Shown: positions 40,536-47,840 of the stretch, one piece after another | Numbering within the stretch: position 1 is the first letter of the stretch | Layout: each line of letters starts with the position of its first letter | NCBI GenBank assembly: GCA_964606585.1 | Contig: CAZSHL010000001.1 | Location: 1-47,840, forward strand | DNA from: an uncultured Piscirickettsiaceae bacterium | Lineage (GTDB): Bacteria > Pseudomonadota > Gammaproteobacteria > PS1 > Pseudothioglobaceae | Length of the DNA stretch: 47,840 bases | Direction of reading: 5' to 3' | Notes under the pieces: generated by a model | Database searches by the model: none | What the model saw: only the letters and a program-made list of their open reading frames with translations | Told to the model about the DNA's origin: nothing | Position numbers and translations under genes: made by a program

Positions 40536-41852
40536 TTATAAGTTGGTAAGTTTTAATTTTATGTTGTTAAGGTCGTCGTTTATTTCTCTGTTCTCAGCAA
40601 CCAGTCTTTCTAGCTTTTCACAAGAATAAAGAATTGTTGAGTGGTCTCTATTGCCAAAGTTTTGTCCAATTTTCGCAAGGGATAGTGAGGTTAGCTCATG
40701 GCAAAGGTATACTGCCATCTGTCGCGCCCTAACAAGATGTTGTTTGCGTGAGTTTGAAACCAGGTCAGAAAGGGTTATTCCATAATATTTACTCACTGTT
40801 TTTTGTATTTCGTTTATTTCAATTAGTCTTTTTTTGGGGCTTATTAAATCGCCAAGAGCTTCTTCAACAACCTCTTTTGTGATTATAGAGTTGTTAATTT
40901 TAGTAAAGTCTACAAACGCTTTGAGCTTTAATAGTGCGCCCTCTAAATCTCTTACATTAGAAGTAATGTGGCTAGCAATAAACAAGGCAACATCTTCTGT
41001 TAGGCCTAGCAAGGTATGGGGGTTTTGAGATTTTTTTAATAATATAGCTGCGCGCATTTCTAATTCTGGAGGCAAAAGCTGCAAGTTAAGGCCTTGTGAA
41101 AATCTAGTTTTGAGCCGATTTTCAAGGTCCTTGATTCTTTTTGGTGGTTGGTCGCAAGTAAAAATAATTTGTTTTTTTGTGCTAAACAAAAAATTAAACA
41201 CATGAAAAAACTCCTCTTGTGATTTATCTTTGCCAGCAATCAGGTGAATATCATCAACCAAAAGCAAATCTGCTGACTGATAAAAAAGCTTTACTTTTTC
41301 AATGGTGTTGTGTCTTAGACTGGTTGTAATATTCCTAACAAAATCCATAAGGGGAACATATAGAATTTTAGACTCCTTCTTTTTTTCTTTAGCTAGGTGG
41401 CCTGCGGCCTGCATAAGGTGGGTTTTTCCTAGCCCAGACTCCCCATAAATAATAAACGGATTATAAGGCGAGGACCCTAGGTTTTCAGCAATTTGTCTGC
41501 TAGCTAAAGCAGCAACCTCGTTCGCGCTCCCCAAAACAAGGTTATCAAAAGTGTATTCAGGAAAGAGCGGTGTTGAGTGTTGAGTGCTTTTGTTTTTCTC
41601 TCCTATGTTTTTTTCGGCTAGGACCAGTCGAACTTTTATTGATTTGTCTTCTTCAGCCACGGCCTGCAAGATAAAGTGTTTAATGTTTTTTGTATTGTGA
41701 TTAATGTACTTTAAAACAGAGGTGTTTGGGGCGCCAAGAACAAGTGTAGAGTTTTTTTCTGAGGCGCTAAGGGGAGCAACCCAAACAGTAAACTGTCCAA
41801 GTGGCAGAGAGTTTTTTAGAGAAATAAGACACCTGGCCCAAATTTGAGACAT
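40536..41852 (-). CDS. dnaA: Chromosomal replication initiator DnaA
   Basis: YNPFIIYGESGLGKTHL, LLVDDIH, SNVRDLEGAL and RDHSTILY motifs. Confidence 0.98.
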   Translation of the reverse strand: MSQIWARCLISLKNSLPLGQFTVWVAPLSASEKNSTLVLGAPNTSVLKYINHNTKNIKHFILQAVAEEDKSIKVRLVLAEKNIGEKNKSTQHSTPLFPEYTFDNLVLGSANEVAALASRQIAENLGSSPYNPFIIYGESGLGKTHLMQAAGHLAKEKKKESKILYVPLMDFVRNITTSLRHNTIEKVKLFYQSADLLLVDDIHLIAGKDKSQEEFFHVFNFLFSTKKQIIFTCDQPPKRIKDLENRLKTRFSQGLNLQLLPPELEMRAAILLKKSQNPHTLLGLTEDVALFIASHITSNVRDLEGALLKLKAFVDFTKINNSIITKEVVEEALGDLISPKKRLIEINEIQKTVSKYYGITLSDLVSNSRKQHLVRARQMAVYLCHELTSLSLAKIGQNFGNRDHSTILYSCEKLERLVAENREINDDLNNIKLKLTNL

Positions 41853-42059
41853 AAGACAAATAAAAATTAAATAATATACTAATAATACCTATTGTATAGA
41901 ATAGTTGATTAAAGTCTTAAATAGAATATTATTTAATGCAAAATAAAACAAAAATTAGAGAAAGAATGTTTTTTGTTTTGTGGTTTTGTTTTAATTGTAT
42001 AAATTGATTTTTACCCCATAATAGCGTAACATTCTCCTCTTTTTATCGTCATATCAACC

Positions 42060-42806
42060 ATGAGAAAAACAATTGTGGCTGGCAATTGGAAAATGAATGC
42101 CAGCAAGGAGTTTGTCAATAAAATTGTTATAGAAATACTCTCCGGTATGGGAGATGTGAGCTCCGAGGTTGTTTTGTGCGCTCCATTTCCATATTTGTCA
42201 CAAGTGGAGGCGTTGCTTGCGCGTAGCCAGGTCAGCCTTGGTGCGCAAAATATAAACACAAACCATTCTGGAGCTTTTACTGGCGAAGTTAGCGCTGAAA
42301 TGATCAAAGACTTTGGCACTAAATACGTTATTGTTGGACACTCAGAAAGGCGAGCACTTTATGGAGAAACTAATAAGTTAGTTGCTGAAAAAGTAAAGGT
42401 TGCTCTCGATAACGATCTAACACCGCTGCTTTGTGTTGGCGAAACTCTAGAAGAAAGAAACACTGGAAAAATGGAGACTATTCTTGCTGAACAAATTGGT
42501 GCAGTCTTAGCCTTGTTGGGGATTGAGGTTTTTTTAAATATTGTTGTTGCATATGAGCCAGTGTGGGCTATTGGAACAGGTGTAACAGCTACACCAGCGC
42601 AGGCCCAAGAAGCGCACGCTTTTATTCGTGGACTTTTGGCAAAAGAAGGCGAGGGGGTAGCAAAACAAACGCATATTTTGTATGGGGGCAGTATGAACGC
42701 TTCTAATGCAAGAGACTTAATTGGGTGTGCGGATATTGACGGCGGTTTGATTGGTGGAGCGTCGCTTAAGTCAGAAGATTTTTTACAAATTTGTAGGGTG
42801 AATTAA
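42060..42806 (+). CDS. tpiA: Triosephosphate isomerase
   Basis: AGNWKMN, VGHSERR, AYEPVWAIGTG and LIGGASL motifs. Confidence 0.99.
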   Translation: MRKTIVAGNWKMNASKEFVNKIVIEILSGMGDVSSEVVLCAPFPYLSQVEALLARSQVSLGAQNINTNHSGAFTGEVSAEMIKDFGTKYVIVGHSERRALYGETNKLVAEKVKVALDNDLTPLLCVGETLEERNTGKMETILAEQIGAVLALLGIEVFLNIVVAYEPVWAIGTGVTATPAQAQEAHAFIRGLLAKEGEGVAKQTHILYGGSMNASNARDLIGCADIDGGLIGGASLKSEDFLQICRVN

Positions 42807-42807
42807 T

Positions 42808-43152
42808 ATGTCTTTTCAAATTATTTTAGTAATACATGTTATGTTAGCTTTGTCCTTGGTGGGGCTAATTTTAATTCAACATGGCAAGGGGGCTAGTGCA
42901 GGAGCAGGTTTTGGTTCAGGAGCAGCAGGAGCGGTTTTTGGGGCAAGAGGGGCACACTCTTTTTTATATAAATTAACCGCAGGTATTGCTACTGCTTTCT
43001 TTATTACAAGTCTTGCTTTGGCATACCTAGCAACAAGCGAAACAACAGTTGATTCGAGCCAAAGCATTATGACCCAAACAACGGTCGAAGACTCTGCGCA
43101 GATTGACTTGCCACAAACAAGCGGTTCTGAGTCAGACGTACCAGAAAATTAA
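42808..43152 (+). CDS. secG: Preprotein translocase subunit SecG
   Basis: LIQHGKGASAGAGFG, two TM helices; tpiA-secG-tRNA-Leu synteny. Confidence 0.95.
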   Translation: MSFQIILVIHVMLALSLVGLILIQHGKGASAGAGFGSGAAGAVFGARGAHSFLYKLTAGIATAFFITSLALAYLATSETTVDSSQSIMTQTTVEDSAQIDLPQTSGSESDVPEN

Positions 43153-43156
43153 TTAA

Positions 43157-43241
43157 GCCGATGTGGTGGAATTGGTAGACACGCAGCCTTGAGGGGGCTG
43201 TAGCGCAAGCTGTGTCGGTTCGACTCCGACCATCGGCACCA
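43157..43241 (+). tRNA. tRNA-Leu(GAG)
   Basis: GCCGATGTGGTGGAATTGGTAGACACGCAGCCTTGAGGGGGCTG...GGTTCGACTCCGACCATCGGCACCA: 85 nt, long variable arm, anticodon GAG. Confidence 0.97.
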
Positions 43242-43309
43242 CTAAGATAAAGTTTTGTTTTAACGACCAGCCTAGTTCCTATTCTTGTACAATCACTTAA
43301 TCTCTTTGG

Positions 43310-44230
43310 GTGGCCAATAAGATGAACCTAGATAACCGAAAGCTGTTAATTGGAATAGGCTTTATGCTTGGGGCAATGTCGGTTGTGCCGTTACTTGATG
43401 TGTTGGCAAAGATTTTAAGCGACAGCTATCACCCAATGCAGATTGCTTGGTCACGTTTTGCTTTTCATACATTGTGGCTACTCCCCTTGCTCTATTGGCG
43501 CAAATTAAAATGGTGGAGGGCACCAAACAGAGCTGGCTTTCACTTGTTGCGTAGCCTGATGTTGGCTTTGGCTACATTATTCTTTTTTACTGCCATTAAA
43601 ACCAACCCGATACCAAACGCATTGACCTTGTTGTTTGTTTCGCCCCTGGTGGTTGCGGCCCTTGCTCCTATATTTTTAGGAGAAAAATTCGACCTTTATA
43701 TTGGAGCTGGAGTTTTGATAGGGTTTTTTGGAGTGGTAATAGTTCTTCAGCCAAACACTGAAGAGTTTAAGCCCACCCTTTTATATGCTCTTGTTGCAGG
43801 ATTTTGTTATGCGCTTTATATTATTACTACAAGAAAGCTTAGTCATAGCGGCTCTCCACTATTAACTCTTTTCTATACCGCTATAGTGGGCACCATTGCT
43901 CTTGGTCCTCTGGCGCTTTCGGTCTGGAAGGAGCCTGATCTAACAGGGGTTTTAATGGCCTCTGCAATGGGCCTTGTGGCGGCAATCTCCCATTTTATGA
44001 TTATCAAGGCGTTTGAATATGCTAGTGCGTCAGAGCTAAGCCCCTTTAACTACTTTGAAATCGTGGTTGCTATTATCTTAAGCTATATTGTGTTTAAATT
44101 TATACCAACAAAGGTAGCAACTCTTGGGCTTGTTATTATTATTCTTAGCGGTCTTTTTGTGTCGTGGAGGGCAATGAAAAACAATCGAGAGTTAGCCAAT
44201 AAAGACGAGAGTATTATTGAAGCCTTATAG
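43310..44230 (+). CDS. DMT/EamA family transporter
   Basis: About 10 TM helices, FVSPL...FLGEK and AFEYASASELSPFNY motifs; start at GTG 43310 or ATG 43322. Confidence 0.9.
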   Translation: MANKMNLDNRKLLIGIGFMLGAMSVVPLLDVLAKILSDSYHPMQIAWSRFAFHTLWLLPLLYWRKLKWWRAPNRAGFHLLRSLMLALATLFFFTAIKTNPIPNALTLLFVSPLVVAALAPIFLGEKFDLYIGAGVLIGFFGVVIVLQPNTEEFKPTLLYALVAGFCYALYIITTRKLSHSGSPLLTLFYTAIVGTIALGPLALSVWKEPDLTGVLMASAMGLVAAISHFMIIKAFEYASASELSPFNYFEIVVAIILSYIVFKFIPTKVATLGLVIIILSGLFVSWRAMKNNRELANKDESIIEAL

Positions 44231-44257
44231 TCTCAAGAAAATTAACCTATTTGAAAC

Positions 44258-46696
44258 ATGACCAACTGGAGATTTGATACAGAAAGAAAATTCGAGGCGT
44301 TTTCAGACCTTGTTTTTAATAACTCAAAAAAGATTGTTTTTGCGGTTTTGTTGCTTGTCGGATCCCTTGCCACACAACTACCATCGCTGCAAATGGACAC
44401 TTCAACAGAAGGGTTTTTGCATAAAGCCGACCCAATGAGAATAGACTACGACTTGTTTAGAAACCAGTTTGGGCGAGATGAAAAGCTAATGGTGGCAGTA
44501 ACAACGGAAAATATATTTGACCTCGATTTTTTACAAAAACTCGACAGCTTTCATAGGGCGCTGGAAGATGGGCTTCCGCATATTGAGGGGGTGGACTCTT
44601 TAGTCAACGCACGAAACACTTATGGAGTAGAAGGAGAGCTCATTGTAGAGCCATTGATTGAGAGTACGCCAATCAGTCAATCAGAAGTTGAAGAATTAAA
44701 AAACAAAATTCTTGGTAATGGAATTTTTGAAAACCTTTTTTACAGCAAAGATCAAACAATGGTAACTCTTACTGTTAACACAAAAACTTTTTCCAATTCA
44801 AATGTTAACGAAGAAAACAAAGCTTTCGATTTTAATGAAGACATAGATTTTAATGAAGACATAGAGCTCAACTCTCTCTACCAAGAAGACTCGAGAGCAT
44901 ATTTAAGTGATGAGGAAAATGACGAGATAATTTTAAAAACAAGACAAATAATGTCCCGCTTTGAAAGTGACGACTTTGAGACCTACCTTACCGGGTCAGC
45001 TGCAATAGCGGGAATTTTCAAGCAAGCGTTACGAGCTGATGCGATAGTCTTTATCAGTCTCATGGTTGTAATTGTTATGGTTGTTTTGTTTGCTCTCTTT
45101 AGAAGGCTTTCAGGCGTTGTGTTGCCTTTGGTTTGTGTCGCGATGACTCTAATTACAACAGTGTCGTTGATGTCTGCCTTTTCTGCCCCCTTTACAATGG
45201 CAACTCAAATTATGCCAACCTTTTTGTTGGCGGTGGTGACTAGTTCGAGCATTCACTTATTGGCAGTTTTTTTCAAAGATCTTGTTACGACGAGAGATAA
45301 AAGAAAATCTTTGCGCTATGCAATGGGACACTCCGGCCTTGCTATATTAATGACGTCTTTAACGACCGCTGCTGGATTATGGTCTTTTTCATTCTCTGAG
45401 GTTGCTCCAGTATCGGATCTCGGGCTTTATGCTAGCGCAGGAGTATTGGTGGGCCTTTTGTTTACGCTTATCTTATTGCCCGCACTAATATCGCTAATTA
45501 GTTTTGCTCACAAAGAGCCCGTCGCTGACGAGAAAGGATATACGCGAATGGATAGAATGCTTATAAGTATAGGTTCTTTTGCCACTGGCCGCGCCAAGCT
45601 TGTTGTAGTAATTAGCGCAGCCCTAATTACTTGTGCTGTTTTTTTTGCAGCGCAACTAAAGTTTTCCCATTTTCCATTACAGTGGCTACCAGAAGATAAT
45701 TTTGCCCGACTCGCTACAGAAAAAGTTGATGAAAGACTTCAGGGCTCTCTTACGCTCGAGGCTATTGTTAATACAGGAGCCACAAATGGACTATACAACC
45801 CTGAAGTTTTATATGCAATTGAGAAAGTATCATCCAATATAAACGATATTGCAACTGGAGAAATGGGGGTTGGAAAGGTTGTTAGTTTTGTTGATATTAT
45901 TAAAGAAACTAACCGAGCTCTTAATGAAAATCGACAGGAATACTATTCAATACCGACAAGCTCAGACTTAATTGCTCAGGAGCTTTTGCTTTTTGAGAGT
46001 AGTGGCAACAATGATTTAGAGAGCATGGTTGATGCGAATTACTCAAAGGCGCGCATTACGCTTAGAACCCCGTTTATTGACTCTTTAGAAGGAAAAAGGT
46101 TTATCGATCGAGCTCAGTCATACTTTGATCAAGAGTTTGAGGGTTTGGCAAAAGTATCTTTTACTGGCATTGGAACCCTGATGACGGTTACGTTTGAACA
46201 AGCTATATATAGTAGCGGAGTTAGCTATCTGCTGGCGTTTTCTGTGATTACTGTGTTGATGGTGCTTTTGGTTGGCAATATAAAAATTGGCTTGATTAGC
46301 ATGTTACCAAACGTATTGCCAATCCTATTTATTTCAATGATTATGGTTATATTTAAAATGCCTTTAGATATGTTTACATTGCTCATTGGCGCTATAGCGC
46401 TCGGCCTGGCAGTTGATGACACTGTGCATTTTATGCATAACTTTAGACGCTATGAAGTTCAATATAACGATGTTGACAAGGCAGTAAGATTGACCCTCAT
46501 GGGAACAGGTAGGGCAATAACCCTTACTTCAATAGTGTTGGCGCTTGGTTTTTTGGTTCTAACTTTTTCCAAAATGAACAATATGTTTGACTTCGGAGTT
46601 CTGACCGCCAGCGCAATAATTGTTGCTCTTTTGGCTGACTTTTATTTAATGCCGGCCATTATGAAGCTAATTATAAGTGACAAAAAAGATCTATAG
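44258..46696 (+). CDS. MMPL/RND family transporter
   Basis: 812 aa, two repeats of TM + periplasmic loop + TM bundle; MTSLTTAAG, IALGLAVDDTVHF and TGRAITLTS motifs. Confidence 0.92.
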   Translation: MTNWRFDTERKFEAFSDLVFNNSKKIVFAVLLLVGSLATQLPSLQMDTSTEGFLHKADPMRIDYDLFRNQFGRDEKLMVAVTTENIFDLDFLQKLDSFHRALEDGLPHIEGVDSLVNARNTYGVEGELIVEPLIESTPISQSEVEELKNKILGNGIFENLFYSKDQTMVTLTVNTKTFSNSNVNEENKAFDFNEDIDFNEDIELNSLYQEDSRAYLSDEENDEIILKTRQIMSRFESDDFETYLTGSAAIAGIFKQALRADAIVFISLMVVIVMVVLFALFRRLSGVVLPLVCVAMTLITTVSLMSAFSAPFTMATQIMPTFLLAVVTSSSIHLLAVFFKDLVTTRDKRKSLRYAMGHSGLAILMTSLTTAAGLWSFSFSEVAPVSDLGLYASAGVLVGLLFTLILLPALISLISFAHKEPVADEKGYTRMDRMLISIGSFATGRAKLVVVISAALITCAVFFAAQLKFSHFPLQWLPEDNFARLATEKVDERLQGSLTLEAIVNTGATNGLYNPEVLYAIEKVSSNINDIATGEMGVGKVVSFVDIIKETNRALNENRQEYYSIPTSSDLIAQELLLFESSGNNDLESMVDANYSKARITLRTPFIDSLEGKRFIDRAQSYFDQEFEGLAKVSFTGIGTLMTVTFEQAIYSSGVSYLLAFSVITVLMVLLVGNIKIGLISMLPNVLPILFISMIMVIFKMPLDMFTLLIGAIALGLAVDDTVHFMHNFRRYEVQYNDVDKAVRLTLMGTGRAITLTSIVLALGFLVLTFSKMNNMFDFGVLTASAIIVALLADFYLMPAIMKLIISDKKDL
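44828..44863 (+). repeat. 18-bp perfect tandem duplication encoding DFNEDI-DFNEDI
   Basis: gattttaatgaagacata repeated twice. Confidence 0.9.
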
Positions 46697-46715
46697 TGCT
46701 AAGAGGCAGTGCAAT

Positions 46716-46746
46716 AAAAAGGCGCCTGTAGGCGCCTTTTCTTTTA
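46716..46746. terminator. Bidirectional Rho-independent terminator between the MMPL gene and tsf
   Basis: AAAAAGGCGCCTGTAGGCGCCTTTTCTTTT hairpin flanked by A and T tracts between convergent genes. Confidence 0.9.
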
Positions 46747-46760
46747 TAGCTTTTATTTTA

Positions 46761-47639
46761 TTAGCCTTGAGCTTGAGCCATAACTTCCTCGACAAAGTTG
46801 TCTTCCTTTTTCTTTATTCCTTCGCCAACTTCGAAGCGAACAAAGCCCAAAACTTCGTTATTATTTGACTTGACTAATTTGCCAACAGTTGTGTCAGGGT
46901 CTTTAATAAAAGGCTGACCATAAAGAGTTACCTCATTAACAAATTTTTTCATTCTTCCAACAATCATTTTTTCGATAATGTTGTCTGGTTTCCCACTTTC
47001 TTTTGCCTGTTCAACAAAAATAGCCTTTTCTCTTTCTATAAGGTCATTTGAAAGCAAGTCTTCACTAACGCACTCAGGCTTTGAGGCTGCAATGTGCATT
47101 GCAACTTCTTTTGCTAGGGTCTCGTCGTCTTCAGCCAGGTGGGCTAAAACAGCAATTCGATTCCCGTGCCTATAGGCGCCAATCGTTCCGCTTTTAGCCT
47201 GAAGGGCTTCAATGCGTCTCACAGAAATGTTTTCGCCAATTTTAGCAACAATATTTTCTCTTGCCTTGTCAACCGTTTCCCCGGTATCAAGACTTTGACT
47301 TAAAAATTCTTCTGTGCTCTTCGGCATGGTTTTAAGTGCTAGCCTTCCAAGAGAGTTAACAAAGTCTATAAATTCCTGTCCTTTGGCAACAAAGTCTGTT
47401 TCAGAGTTAACTTCTATAATGACTGCAGACTTATTGTCCTCGCTTAATGCAATTTTGACTAAGCCTTCCGACGCAATACGGCCAGCCCTTTTTGCAGCCT
47501 TTGCAGCTCCAGAAGCACGCATCAAATCAATCGCTGCCTCAAGATCACCGCTCGTTTCAGTCAGGGCCTTTTTGCAATCCATCATGCCTGCACCTGTTCT
47601 TTCTCGTAGTTCTTTAACTAATGTGGCGGTTATTGCCAT
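46761..47639 (-). CDS. tsf: Elongation factor Ts
   Basis: VKELRERTGAGMMDCKKAL, EVNSETDFVA and VAMHIAA motifs. Confidence 0.99.
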   Translation of the reverse strand: MAITATLVKELRERTGAGMMDCKKALTETSGDLEAAIDLMRASGAAKAAKRAGRIASEGLVKIALSEDNKSAVIIEVNSETDFVAKGQEFIDFVNSLGRLALKTMPKSTEEFLSQSLDTGETVDKARENIVAKIGENISVRRIEALQAKSGTIGAYRHGNRIAVLAHLAEDDETLAKEVAMHIAASKPECVSEDLLSNDLIEREKAIFVEQAKESGKPDNIIEKMIVGRMKKFVNEVTLYGQPFIKDPDTTVGKLVKSNNNEVLGFVRFEVGEGIKKKEDNFVEEVMAQAQG

Positions 47640-47649
47640 TTCTTTACTC

Positions 47650-47840
47650 CTATTTCTTTTTTTCTTTTTTCTCTTTCTCAGCCTTCTTGGCCTTAGCTGC
47701 AGGCTTCTTCTCAGTCTTTTTCTCTACCTCTACTTTCTTGGCCTTAGCTGCAGGCTTCTTCTCAGTCTTTTTCTCTACCTCTACTTTCTTGGCCTTAGCT
47801 GCAGGCTTCTTCTCAGTCTTTTTCTCTACCTCTACTTTCT
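47650..47840 (-). CDS. rpsB: 3' end of probable 30S ribosomal protein S2 with Lys/Glu-rich repeat tail (partial)
   Basis: Open frame ...(KKVEVEKKTEKKPAAKA)n-KKAEKEKKEKKK-TAG ending 10 nt before the tsf ATG; identity rests only on conserved rpsB-tsf order, as the S2 core is outside the window. Confidence 0.65.
   Translation of the reverse strand, partial: KVEVEKKTEKKPAAKAKKVEVEKKTEKKPAAKAKKVEVEKKTEKKPAAKAKKAEKEKKEKKK
47684..47840. repeat. Perfect 51-bp tandem repeat, at least 3 copies, running off the window end
   Basis: Unit ttcttggccttagctgcaggcttcttctcagtctttttctctacctctact at 47684, 47735 and 47786, partial at 47837. Confidence 0.97.

Noticed and set aside
43242-46760. Integrative element at tRNA-Leu
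   Set aside because: No integrase and no duplicated tRNA 3' end seen
47684-47840. 51-bp repeats as a CRISPR array
   Set aside because: Head-to-tail with no spacers, length a multiple of 3 in an open frame, and no cas genes

Overview
Compact, AT-rich, gene-dense bacterial chromosome segment consisting almost entirely of core genes and spanning the dnaA-dnaN-recF-gyrB locus. Gene content and order (phosphoribulokinase directly after gyrB, tpiA divergent from dnaA, petABC-sspAB, caa3-type oxidase) suggest a marine Calvin-cycle gammaproteobacterium of the SUP05/Thioglobaceae group; this taxonomy is inference. Left to right: partial M24 peptidase and a CaiC-like CoA ligase beyond the 3' end of tRNA-Thr(TGT); a rearranged cytochrome c oxidase cluster; hisF; uppS-cdsA-dxr-M23 peptidase; purC-DUF2797; alaC-P-loop protein-metA-mutY-ribF; pyrC; secA/dciA; petABC-sspAB; bioD; pyrD; leuS; prk; gyrB-recF-dnaN-dnaA; tpiA-secG-tRNA-Leu(GAG); DMT and MMPL transporters; tsf; and the repeat-rich 3' end of a probable rpsB. 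I saw no CRISPR array, transposase, integrase, prophage or defence system, and no clearly new multi-gene system. The best leads are: an uncharacterised P-loop kinase-like gene coupled between alaC and metA; a GIY-YIG-like motif in the Cys-rich DUF2797 protein; a 32-aa membrane microprotein between coxA and ctaG that the ORF track missed; perfect 51-bp repeats giving probable S2 a histone-H1-like tail; repeated leaderless-type promoters; and a candidate oriC without perfect DnaA boxes.
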